Assembly (NCBI GenBank): GCA_963849105.1
Contig: CAWKGD010000002.1
Location: 33,067-97,066, forward strand
Source: an uncultured Acidimicrobiaceae bacterium
GTDB lineage: Bacteria > Actinomycetota > Acidimicrobiia > Acidimicrobiales > Bog-793
Direction: 5' to 3'
Length of the DNA stretch: 64,000 bases
Numbering within the stretch: position 1 is the stretch's first letter; each line of letters starts with the position of its first letter. The notes beneath the pieces are model-generated. The model did not search any database and had not been told where the DNA came from. It saw only the letters and a list, made by a program, of their open reading frames with translations. The translations under genes and the position numbers were made by a program. Of the stretch, positions 10,164-18,941 are shown one piece after another.

Positions 10164-10612
10164 GCAGGTCGCGTCTCCTCGCAGCGGCGGCCACCCTCGG
10201 TCTCGCGCTGATCGCCTCGGCGTGCGGGGGATCGCATGCGACGCTCGCCGCGCGCCTTACGGCGTGGAAGTCGGGCTCGTCGTACTCTTCGGATCAGGGC
10301 CTTATCTCGACCGACATCCGTGAGATCGCGACGGGGATTCGCAGCGGTCCGCTCAAGGCGCTCCAAACCGCCTGCGACGGTCTCGGGGTCGACGCGGCGG
10401 ACGCCTACGGCGAGCTTCCGACGCCGGACGAGAAATTGACCGACGACCTCAACGACGAGTACCTGACGGCAGAGAACGCCGCGGAGTCGTGCTCGACGGC
10501 GGCGGAGTTGCACGGAGGCCGCGTCGAGCGCTACCTCACGCTGATCGCCCGCGCCGAGCGCGACCTCCACGCCGCGCAGGCGCGGATGCAGGCGATCCTG
10601 ACCGCCACGTAA
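10160..10612 (+). CDS. hypothetical lipoprotein
   Basis: Signal peptide with lipobox-like IASAC-GG; GTGA overlap with tyrS; two further Cys. Confidence 0.7.
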   Translation: MSRSRLLAAAATLGLALIASACGGSHATLAARLTAWKSGSSYSSDQGLISTDIREIATGIRSGPLKALQTACDGLGVDAADAYGELPTPDEKLTDDLNDEYLTAENAAESCSTAAELHGGRVERYLTLIARAERDLHAAQARMQAILTAT

Positions 10613-12241
10613 TCAGCCGCCCTCGACGAGCGCCCTTTCGGCGAGCGGGATCGGCAAGGTGCCGGTTCCGGCGATCAGGTCGTGGAACTTGCGGAGGTCC
10701 GAGGAGGCGTCGGCCAGGAACCGCTCGCGCATCCGTTCGATCTCGAGGCATCCGGTGAGGTACGACGGTGCCTGGGTCGGCCACTGGCAGTAGCGCCCGA
10801 CTTCGGCCCGGGCGACCGGTTCGGTGAGTCCGACGCGCTCCCGCATGTAGGCGACGGCGTCGTCGAAGCTGAGATCGCCGATGTGCAGGCCGGTGTCGAC
10901 GATGATGCGCGCCGCGCGCCAGATGCGGGCGTTGACGTGACCGAGCAGGCTCGAGTCATCGGTGAAGTAGCCCTGCTCGCGCATCATCTTCTCGGCGTAC
11001 AGCGCCCAGCCCTCGGAGAAATAGGAGGAGTGGATCAGCTGGCGAACGCGGCGCGGGTTCGCCTTCATCCAGGTGAGGTGCCAGTGGTGACCGGGGTACG
11101 CCTCGTGGACCGTGACCGTCGGGATCGATTGGAAACTGTTCGCCGCCAGCCGGCGCTCGTTTTCCTCGGGCGTTGAGTCCTGCGGTGGCCACGGGACATT
11201 GAAATGCCCGCGTCGGCCGGGACGGAATGCCGGCGGGGGGAAGTAGGACGCGACGCCAAGGATTGGTCGCAACACCTCTGGGGTTGGTTCGACGACACAC
11301 TCCTCGTCATCGGGGAAGCTGACCAGGCCGTGCTCGACGAGATACGCGCGCGCCTTTTCCGATTCGTTCTGATACGCGATGCGCAACCCTTCGAAGTCCG
11401 CGGCGTGGTGCGCGAGGTCTCGGTTGAAGACTTCGATCCACGACGTTGCCGAACTGTCGATGCGCGCCGCGATCTCGTTCGCCTCTTCTTCGAGCTCGGC
11501 GAGCACGCGCCGTCCACGTTCGCGAAGCTCGGCTGTCGAGAAGTCGAAGAGTTCGCGTTTTTGCAAGAGATCCGAGTACCGCTCCTCGCCGAGCGCGTAC
11601 GAACCTCTCGCGGACTGCGCGAGTTCACCGAGGTGTGCCCCGAAGGACGCGCACGCTTGTGCAGCGATCCGTCCCGCCTCCGCGACTGATTCACGCAGCT
11701 CTCCGTCGGAGAATTCCAAGGGAAGCGTCTCTTCGAAGTACGAGACGGCGGCTTCGCACTGCTGCCGGGCCCGACCCACGATGAGGGGACTTGCGAGTTC
11801 GGCTTCGAGTGCGGCGCGTCCCGACTGGAGCGCGGTCGGTACGGACCGCAGTCGACTTTGGACATACCCTGCGAGCTCAGATTCGGGGAAGCTGCGGTGG
11901 ACGACGAGCATCAAGATGCCGTCGAAGCACGGATCGACGTAGGTCATCGGGTCGCGTCGCCACGCCTCCCACGACTCGAGGATGACCCGTCCCCGCAACG
12001 TCGACAGCACGGCATCGCGGTCGACGCGTTGCGCGGCAGACAGTCCGTCGTCGCCGACCGACTCGAGGCGTTCGACCCACTCGTGATTTGCGCTGCGTCT
12101 TCTGGCGAACGCTTCTTCGCGCAGGTCGTCGATCTCGCCGTGCGCGCCGTCCGCGCCGAGCGCGGTCGCCAGAATTGGTGATTCGGTGAGTTGTTCTTGC
12201 AGCCAGTCCTCGAGGACTCGGTCGAACGCGTAATCGCTCAT
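10613..12241 (-). CDS. DUF885-family protein (putative metallopeptidase-like)
   Basis: HEAYPGHH, EGWALYAE, WRAARIIVDTGLH, PTQAPSYLTG. Confidence 0.9.
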   Translation of the reverse strand: MSDYAFDRVLEDWLQEQLTESPILATALGADGAHGEIDDLREEAFARRRSANHEWVERLESVGDDGLSAAQRVDRDAVLSTLRGRVILESWEAWRRDPMTYVDPCFDGILMLVVHRSFPESELAGYVQSRLRSVPTALQSGRAALEAELASPLIVGRARQQCEAAVSYFEETLPLEFSDGELRESVAEAGRIAAQACASFGAHLGELAQSARGSYALGEERYSDLLQKRELFDFSTAELRERGRRVLAELEEEANEIAARIDSSATSWIEVFNRDLAHHAADFEGLRIAYQNESEKARAYLVEHGLVSFPDDEECVVEPTPEVLRPILGVASYFPPPAFRPGRRGHFNVPWPPQDSTPEENERRLAANSFQSIPTVTVHEAYPGHHWHLTWMKANPRRVRQLIHSSYFSEGWALYAEKMMREQGYFTDDSSLLGHVNARIWRAARIIVDTGLHIGDLSFDDAVAYMRERVGLTEPVARAEVGRYCQWPTQAPSYLTGCLEIERMRERFLADASSDLRKFHDLIAGTGTLPIPLAERALVEGG

Positions 12242-12308
12242 GGCGTGACCTTACGCGCCGGCTCGTACTAGCGCATTCGCGCGTTGGGCACTCCGGTATC
12301 GTCGGCGC

Positions 12309-12863
12309 GTGCCAAAAGGGAGTCGGCCGGCGAGCAGCGTGCCTGACGACGTGGGCGACGAGGCGTATGACCGGCTGCGTCGGCGAGTCCTGTGGTCGAT
12401 GCCGACGGGGCTCTATCTGATCGGCTCGATCGCCGAACAGGAGCGCAACATGATGACGGCGAGCCTGGTTACCCAGGTGTGCGTCGACCCGAAGCTCGTC
12501 GGTGCGGCGATCGAGAGCGCCTCGCGTACCCACGATCTCATCGAACGTGGAAAGGTATTTGCCCTAACGATGCTGGAACGAGACGACCGTGCGATCGTCC
12601 GGAAGTTTGTGAAGCCCGCTGCGGACGACCGTGAGGCTCGAACGTTGAACGGATATGACTACATAGACGCGCCGGTCACCGGCGCCCCGATCCTTACGGC
12701 GGCGATCGCGTACCTTGATTGCCGGCTCGAACACGCGTTGCCGCTCGGTTCGCACACGTTTTTCGTCGGCGAAGTTGTCGACGCCGCGTTCGGGCCGAAG
12801 ACGACCGAAGACGATCGCAAGGTGATGCGCGTCGAGGACACTCGGATGAGTTACGGCGGATGA
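12309..12863 (+). CDS. flavin reductase-like protein
   Basis: MPTGLYLIG, N.MTASLVTQV, TGAPIL, GSHTFFVGEVV; TATCGT 6 nt upstream of the GTG. Confidence 0.88.
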   Translation: MPKGSRPASSVPDDVGDEAYDRLRRRVLWSMPTGLYLIGSIAEQERNMMTASLVTQVCVDPKLVGAAIESASRTHDLIERGKVFALTMLERDDRAIVRKFVKPAADDREARTLNGYDYIDAPVTGAPILTAAIAYLDCRLEHALPLGSHTFFVGEVVDAAFGPKTTEDDRKVMRVEDTRMSYGG

Positions 12864-12933
12864 TCGCTCCCATCGGGGGGCAAACCGAATCAGCACTCGC
12901 ACAGCAACAGACCCGGGGCGACCGGGAGCCAGC

Positions 12934-14163
12934 ATGAGGACGCCGGCCGGATCGAGTTCACGCTCAGAACGTCGTGGTCGATCCTCGCGGCTCGAGGAGG
13001 TCGCCGTCCGCTTCATCGACACCGACGCCGATTTCGAGATACTCGTCACCGAACTCGATGTCGTCTCGGACTACGCGATCGACACTGAGTTCCACCGCGA
13101 GCGGACGTATTTCGCGCAGTTGGCGCTCGTGCAGCTGGCGTGGCACGGGGGTGTTGCCGTCATCGACCCGCTGTCAGTCGACCTTGTGCCGTTGGCGAAG
13201 CTGTTCCGGAAAGACGCGATCGCGGTGCTCCATGCTGCCGATCAAGATCTCGAAGTCCTCGAACGGGCGACGGGCGCGGTACCGACGCAGATGTTCGATA
13301 CCCAACTCGCGGCGCGCTTTCTCGGATTGTCATCACCGTCGCTCGTCTCGCTCGCCGAGAAGATGCTCGGTCTCCGGCTCGAAAAAGGCGACCAGCTCGC
13401 TGATTGGACGAGGCGGCCGCTCCGTTCTGAGCAGCTTCAATACGCCGCGCACGACGTCGCCCACCTGATCGAATTGAAGCGCGAGATCTGTGCCGAGCTC
13501 GCGCGCCGCGGCCGGCTCGAGTGGGCGGAGGAGGAGTGCGCGGCGCACCTCGAGCGGGCGCGCGCGCTTCCCCCGCCGGAACAGGCGTGGTGGCGGCTTC
13601 GCCAGGCGCGTCAGCTTCGTGGCACCGCGCGGGGCGTAGCTCAGAGCGTCGCGGCCTGGCGGGAGCGGCGCGCCCAGGCGATCGACCGGCCGGTTCGCTA
13701 TGTGCTCTCTGACCTCGCGCTCGCCTCGATCGCGCATCGCCCGCCGCACAGCCGCGCCGACCTCGAGCACGTCCGCAACCTCGATGTGCGGTCGTTGTCA
13801 CAGGGTCTCGTCACCGAACTGCTCGGCGCCGTCTTAGAGGGAGAGTCACTGCGCCACTCGGCGATCGTGCTTCCTCCCGGGCCCGACGGGGTCGTGGTGG
13901 CGAAGCCCGCCGTCGCGCTGGCGCTCGCCTACGCCGGCGAGCTCGCAAAGGCACTCGAGATCGACGCGTCGCTGCTCGCGACGCGCGCCGACATCGTCGA
14001 CTTTCTACAGGTTCCGCCGACCGGCCGGCTGACAAGGTCATGGCGCCACCAACTCGTCGGCGAGCCCCTCGCCAGGCTCGCGGCGGGGAATGCGGCGCTC
14101 GCCCTTGAGGGTGGCGGCCTCGTCATCGAGGAGCGCTCGCACCGACCGATCGCGAGCACCTGA
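12934..14163 (+). CDS. rnd: ribonuclease D (DEDDy exonuclease + HRDC)
   Basis: AIDTEFHRERTY, HAADQDLE, FDTQLAA, DWTRRPL..EQLQYAAHDV, WRE..A...D.P. Confidence 0.92.
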   Translation: MRTPAGSSSRSERRGRSSRLEEVAVRFIDTDADFEILVTELDVVSDYAIDTEFHRERTYFAQLALVQLAWHGGVAVIDPLSVDLVPLAKLFRKDAIAVLHAADQDLEVLERATGAVPTQMFDTQLAARFLGLSSPSLVSLAEKMLGLRLEKGDQLADWTRRPLRSEQLQYAAHDVAHLIELKREICAELARRGRLEWAEEECAAHLERARALPPPEQAWWRLRQARQLRGTARGVAQSVAAWRERRAQAIDRPVRYVLSDLALASIAHRPPHSRADLEHVRNLDVRSLSQGLVTELLGAVLEGESLRHSAIVLPPGPDGVVVAKPAVALALAYAGELAKALEIDASLLATRADIVDFLQVPPTGRLTRSWRHQLVGEPLARLAAGNAALALEGGGLVIEERSHRPIAST

Positions 14164-14181
14164 GCGGACGCACCGCGTCGC

Positions 14182-14433
14182 CTACGACTCGGGGCCTTCG
14201 CTGTCCTTCCCGTTCGGTGCGGGGCGCAGATCGACGGTCAGGGTGAGGATCCCGTCCTCGAGGCTGGCCTCGGCATCGCCGAGCATCGCGAAATCCATGT
14301 AGTCGAACTCCATCTGCTCGACGAACCGACGGCGCTCGGGACCCTCAATCGGGGGAATGCCCCGGTTCCGGACCGCCGCGGCGCGCTCGCGAAAGCGGGC
14401 CACCATCGCCATTGGGTCGAAGACTTCTGGCAC
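14182..14433 (-). CDS. small conserved hypothetical protein
   Basis: Normal codon pattern; FDPMAMVARFRERAAAVRNRGIPPIEG; TACAGT 7 nt upstream of GTG 14433. Confidence 0.7.
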   Translation of the reverse strand: MPEVFDPMAMVARFRERAAAVRNRGIPPIEGPERRRFVEQMEFDYMDFAMLGDAEASLEDGILTLTVDLRPAPNGKDSEGPES

Positions 14434-14601
14434 AAAGCGGACTGTACCGGGGCCTGTTCGGGCTTGCGGTGCGGGATTCGCCCACGTCGCCGGCGTTATG
14501 CTCGCTGCGGACGCTGACGAGCCGAGGCCCACGTTCTGGACGCGCCAGTGCGCCCGGCGGAGGGGGACGGCGCGTTCTCGCTGGATCTTCAGGAGTTACC
14601 C

Positions 14602-14775
14602 GTGAAAAAGGGACGTCACCGCCGCTTCGAAGAAGCACGCAGTCTGAAACGCTCGATCGAGGTCGTCGTCGAGCCCTGTCCAGAGTGCGGGGCCGATCCC
14701 GAGGAGGACCACGCCAGCTGGTGCCTCTATGAGGCCGAAGAGCTCGACGAGGACGAAAACACCGAGCGGCTCTGA
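14602..14775 (+). CDS. small putative Zn-binding protein (CPECG...HASWC, acidic tail)
   Basis: AGGAG at 14591-14595 before GTG; basic N-terminus, CxxC-x8-HxxxC, acidic C-terminus; 57 aa. Confidence 0.6.
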   Translation: MKKGRHRRFEEARSLKRSIEVVVEPCPECGADPEEDHASWCLYEAEELDEDENTERL

Positions 14776-15503
14776 TCGCGTCGCCGAACGACGGGGTGGG
14801 GAAGTACAACGCGTGCCCCCGAGCGCGTCTCTAAGTATTCGACGAGCATCGAATAGACGGTCGGCCCGATCATCTCTTTCAGTTCGTTCGCATTGGAGAC
14901 GTAGACGGGCTCCTTGCCGACAAACGCTTCGGGCGACTCGGTGCACCACCAGTGGAACTCCTCACCCGCTGGTCCCCAGTGGCGCCGATCCCATTGGGTG
15001 ACGGTCGAGGTGACGTGGCCGTCGTCTTCTTCGAAGTCCTCCCGTCGTAGCGGTAGCTGCCAACAGACCTCGGGCTTCGTCGTGAGCGGCGCCACACCGG
15101 CCTCGAGCGCCGCGCGGTGCAGCGAACAGCCCGGTCCGCCGGGAAAGCCCGGCCGGTTCAAGAAGATGCACGCCCCGTCGACGAGGCGCGTCTTCCATTC
15201 ACCTTGGTGCAGGCGGTAGAAGCCGAGCTTCTTCGCCCTGTCGTGGTGCTGGAACTGTTCGGGCGTCAGCTTCGCCGCAGCCTTTTCGACGCGTCGGAGA
15301 TCCTTTTTGTCCGCGAAGTGCGCGCCGTAGCTGCAGCAGCCCTGGACAAGTTCGGGCGCCGGTCCGGTGAGCACTCCCTGGCAGCCGGCGCCGAAAATGC
15401 ACATCCAGGGGCTCGTCAAGAACGTGAGGTCGAGCACCCACGTGCGCTCCTCGTCAGGATCCTCGAAGCTCACCCACTCGTGCGCGTCGTCGATTGCGGA
15501 CAC
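14727..15503 (-). CDS. Cys-rich conserved hypothetical protein (DUF3109-like, possible Fe-S/Zn binding)
   Basis: WMCIFGAGCQG, GCCSYGAHF, GACIFLN, GCSLH, KPEVCWQLPLRR, WWCTE; starts 11 nt after the radical SAM stop. Confidence 0.8.
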   Translation of the reverse strand: MSAIDDAHEWVSFEDPDEERTWVLDLTFLTSPWMCIFGAGCQGVLTGPAPELVQGCCSYGAHFADKKDLRRVEKAAAKLTPEQFQHHDRAKKLGFYRLHQGEWKTRLVDGACIFLNRPGFPGGPGCSLHRAALEAGVAPLTTKPEVCWQLPLRREDFEEDDGHVTSTVTQWDRRHWGPAGEEFHWWCTESPEAFVGKEPVYVSNANELKEMIGPTVYSMLVEYLETRSGARVVLPHPVVRRRDQSRSVFSSSSSSSAS

Positions 15504-15514
15504 GGTGCGGAAAC

Positions 15515-16957
15515 CTACTGGCTGACCGACCGCGCGGCGGACATCGCGACCGGGATGACCGCGTCGATCTGCGCGCGGGTCGGTTCCGCGCAACAGAACC
15601 ATGCCTCGGTGAGGTGTGGTCGCATTTGTGCGGGCGGACCGAGTGGTTCTCGAGCGGCGGGGCGACCGGGATCGGGACGGCCGAACGCGGCGAACACCGT
15701 CGCGCGCACCGCGTCGTACGTCTCGGTTGCACTCGTTCCGAGCGCGCCCTTCTCCTCGATGAGCGTCGCGAGCTTGTCTTGGAGTTCGTCGAGCGCCGGG
15801 TCCGGCGATCTCCAGGTGTAGCTCAACGCATCGGGGTCGAACGCATCAAGGGCGGCTCGGAACGTCGGATCCTCGAGATCGAGGAGCAGCGACCCGGGCG
15901 GGAGGAGGAGGCGGATCGCGTATTGCACCGCGTCGACGTTGTCGATGAGATCGTGGGCTGCGACGAAGTCCAAGATCTCGACGACGTCATCGCGCGTCGT
16001 CCACGGCGTGAAGGGAAGGAACGAGGGCCGGATCTCCACACCGAGTGTGCGCAGCTCACGCACAGCGAGCGCCGCGTCGTCCGCATTGTGTCCCTTGTCG
16101 AGTCTTTCAAGGATCGTGTCGCTCATCGATTCGAACGCGGAGACGACGAACGCCAGGCCGTGTTGTGCGAGCTCGGCGACCGCGTCGCGGTGACGCAGCA
16201 GGTGCTCGACCTTGATCGTCGCGTCGAAGCTCAATTGCGGGTGGCGCTCGTGCATTCGCTGCGTGACTCGGACCGCGTGCGTCGGGCGGTTCAAGAAGTC
16301 GGGGTCGGCGAAGCGGATGTGCCCCGCGCCGAGTCCGACGAGCTCGTCGATTTCGGCGATCACGGCGTCCTGACCGACGACGCGGGAACGACCGCGGTAG
16401 ACGACCGGCACCGGGCAGTGCCGGCAGCGGTGGTTGCAGCCTCGCGTCGATTCGACGGTCCCGACCAGGTGCTCGGCATCGCCGGCGACGAATCGCGCGT
16501 AGCGCTCGAGCGGCGAAAGGAGATCTCGTCCAGAGACCGAGCCGCCCCGGCGCACGGTCCCGAGCTCGACGACGGTCGCGTCGAATGAGCCGTCATCCCC
16601 GTCGAGCCAGGCGGTGATCGCTCCGAGCGCTTCACCGGCGACGAAGAGGTCCCCAGCAATCGCAACGCCCGAGATACGCGCCGCCTCCGCGTAGAGGCCG
16701 AAGAAACACGCCGGCACTTCCTTTCGTTGTTGCCCGAGACGTGAGCGTGCCGCCAGCGCGAGGCGCAGCGCCGTGTGCATCGGCACCGAGAAACCGACGG
16801 CGTCTGGCCAGTCGAGATCGACCCCGTCGAACGACTCGATGGCGAGATCGGAGGCGCGCACCTCGTGACCCGCAGACCGCAACGACCCGGCGATCGACGC
16901 CAGACCGAGCGGCTGCGCGCCGAGTTCATAGGTCGAGATCAAAAGGACGCGGCTCAC
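15515..16957 (-). CDS. B12-binding-domain radical SAM protein of the CUAEP/CCAEP-tail type
   Basis: N-terminal cobalamin-binding-like domain (LLISTYELGAQPLGLAS, FSVPMHTALR), CxxxCxxC (GCNHRCRHC), C-terminal WFCCAEPT. Confidence 0.9.
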   Translation of the reverse strand: MSRVLLISTYELGAQPLGLASIAGSLRSAGHEVRASDLAIESFDGVDLDWPDAVGFSVPMHTALRLALAARSRLGQQRKEVPACFFGLYAEAARISGVAIAGDLFVAGEALGAITAWLDGDDGSFDATVVELGTVRRGGSVSGRDLLSPLERYARFVAGDAEHLVGTVESTRGCNHRCRHCPVPVVYRGRSRVVGQDAVIAEIDELVGLGAGHIRFADPDFLNRPTHAVRVTQRMHERHPQLSFDATIKVEHLLRHRDAVAELAQHGLAFVVSAFESMSDTILERLDKGHNADDAALAVRELRTLGVEIRPSFLPFTPWTTRDDVVEILDFVAAHDLIDNVDAVQYAIRLLLPPGSLLLDLEDPTFRAALDAFDPDALSYTWRSPDPALDELQDKLATLIEEKGALGTSATETYDAVRATVFAAFGRPDPGRPAAREPLGPPAQMRPHLTEAWFCCAEPTRAQIDAVIPVAMSAARSVSQ

Positions 16958-18216
16958 GAGTCTGGCTCTTTCGTGATTTCAATCGACAGGTGCGCGTGGG
17001 CGACGCGCAGCGCCTTTTCCACGTCGCCGGGGTCGTCCGCCCGCGCGAAGAGGAAGCCGAGATAACGATCGCCTTCCGGCCACGCCGCGATCGTCCGGCC
17101 GGAGGGAACGGTGATCTCGAGCTCGGTGACGTGCTCGACGGCAAGCGCCTCGTCTCGTCCGTCCACGCCTTCGAAGCGACCAGCTCTTGGGATCGGGATC
17201 ATCATCACGCCGGACGCGCCGGGCTGGCGGGAAGGTGGAACATCGTCGATGCCGAGCGCGTGCGCGAGCACGAGCTCTTCGAGCGAACGGTTCGAGACGA
17301 AGCGGAGCGCCTTCGAGCACTTGCCGCCGATCGTGCGCGCCGCGGCCTCGAGGACGATGACCGCGGCGTCTGGATCGGCACCGGACGGCGAGAGCCGCGC
17401 TTCGGCGTGCACGGGACCGTCGACGAGGCCGATCGCCGCGCAGGCGCGCCCGATCTCGTCTTTGACGCGCACTAAGAGGTCCGGGTGATGGCGCGACGGG
17501 GTGACGTAGATCGTCTCCTCGAAATATGGGCCGGTGAGCGGGTCGGGCTTGTCGAAGATCGCAAGCGTCGAAAGCACTCCATCGGTGAGCATGCCCTCGA
17601 GCGCGACCTCGTCACCTGCGACGTAGCGCTCGACGAGAAGCGGCTCGCCCAGCGCACACCCGGCTGCGAGCGCGACCCGGCGCGTCCGCGCCGCTGCCCG
17701 GCGCGCGCCGTCCGCGTCGTCAGCACGTTCGACGCCGCGGCTCGCGGAGAGCGACACCGGCTTGATGACAACCGAATAGCCGAGAAGATCGGCCGCGTCG
17801 GCGACATCGTCGTGTTCCCGCTCGCCCGCGTCGATGACCGCGAACGGCGGCTGGCTCACGTCCGCCTTTGCGAACAGTCGGCGCATCGTCACCTTGTCGC
17901 GCGTCGCCTCGATCGCCGAAGGAGGGTTCTTGTCGATCCCGAGTCGCTCGGCGGCGTACGCTGCCGCGAGCGCGCCCTCGTCGTCGACGGCGACGACGGC
18001 GTCGATCGGCGTGTTCTTCGCGAAGCGTTCGACGATCTGCGCCGCCGTTGCTGGTTCGCGCAGGGGAAGCGCGACGAAGCGCTCGGGCGAGGACGCCGCC
18101 ATCGCCTGAGGGACGTCCGAGGCGGAAACGACGTCGACGCCGAGACGTGCCGCGGCGTCGAGGAACTCCTTTGCCCGGTACGTCTGGGACGGCAGGACGA
18201 GCATCACCCGGGGCAC
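16954..18216 (-). CDS. ATP-grasp ligase (L-amino acid ligase-like)
   Basis: RDKVTMR, VVIKPVSLSASRGV, LLVERYV.G.EV, FDKPDPL.GPYFEET, HAE.R, LEAAARTIGG; GTGA overlap with the radical SAM gene. Confidence 0.88.
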   Translation of the reverse strand: MPRVMLVLPSQTYRAKEFLDAAARLGVDVVSASDVPQAMAASSPERFVALPLREPATAAQIVERFAKNTPIDAVVAVDDEGALAAAYAAERLGIDKNPPSAIEATRDKVTMRRLFAKADVSQPPFAVIDAGEREHDDVADAADLLGYSVVIKPVSLSASRGVERADDADGARRAAARTRRVALAAGCALGEPLLVERYVAGDEVALEGMLTDGVLSTLAIFDKPDPLTGPYFEETIYVTPSRHHPDLLVRVKDEIGRACAAIGLVDGPVHAEARLSPSGADPDAAVIVLEAAARTIGGKCSKALRFVSNRSLEELVLAHALGIDDVPPSRQPGASGVMMIPIPRAGRFEGVDGRDEALAVEHVTELEITVPSGRTIAAWPEGDRYLGFLFARADDPGDVEKALRVAHAHLSIEITKEPDS

Positions 18217-18289
18217 ACCTCATTGTGCCGGGAAATGGCCAGGTCGCCGTCGCTTCGGGCGGCGCGCCGGCTGGCCATACGATGGTCGC

Positions 18290-18931
18290 GTGGCTGATTC
18301 GGACGACGGCTCTGGCGCGACTCCCGTCCTCAAGCTGACCGACGCCGCCCGCCAGGCGGTCCTGGAGGCGCGAGCCGGCGAGGCGAACGCCGAGAGCCTG
18401 GCGCTGTTCGTCGAGGTGACCGGCGCCCAGAACGGTGCGTACACCTACGAGATGTGGTTCGAGGCGCTCGCCGACGCGACCTCACGCGACGTCGTCAACG
18501 ACTTCGACGACCTCGCCGTGGTGGTCGGTGGGGACAGCGTCGACAAACTCACCGGCGCCACGCTGGACGCCGGCGAGCACGGGCTCGTGATGTTGAACCC
18601 GAACACGCCACGCACCCCCGCGCCGACGTCACCGGCTCCCCAGGGCGACACGACGAGCCCGGTCGCTCGCTCGGTGATCGCCATTCTCGAAGAGCAGGTG
18701 AATCCCCAGATCGCGATGCACGGCGGCCGGGCGGACCTCGTCGCCGTCGACAACGGGATCGCCTACCTGCGGCTGTCAGGGGGATGCCAGGGATGTGGCC
18801 TCGCCGCGCTGACGCTTTCCCAGGGGATCCTGGTCGCGATCAAAGACGCGGTCCCCGAGATCGTCGACGTCGTCGACGTGACGGCGCACGCCGAGGGGAC
18901 GAACCCCTACTACGAACCGGCAAAGAAGTAA
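18290..18931 (+). CDS. nfuA: Fe-S cluster carrier NfuA
   Basis: Degenerate A-type N-terminal domain plus NifU domain (VNPQIAMHGG, LSGGCQGCG, DVTAHAEGTNPYY). Confidence 0.9.
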   Translation: MADSDDGSGATPVLKLTDAARQAVLEARAGEANAESLALFVEVTGAQNGAYTYEMWFEALADATSRDVVNDFDDLAVVVGGDSVDKLTGATLDAGEHGLVMLNPNTPRTPAPTSPAPQGDTTSPVARSVIAILEEQVNPQIAMHGGRADLVAVDNGIAYLRLSGGCQGCGLAALTLSQGILVAIKDAVPEIVDVVDVTAHAEGTNPYYEPAKK

Positions 18932-18941
18932 CTCGCCGGGC

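Noticed and set aside
14510-14600. CTGACGAG resembling a hammerhead ribozyme core
   Set aside because: No matching GAAA element or three-stem arrangement found by eye.
15581-15595. Possible selenocysteine (TGA) in the radical SAM tail
   Set aside because: The codons are TGT TGC (Cys-Cys); no recoding is needed.
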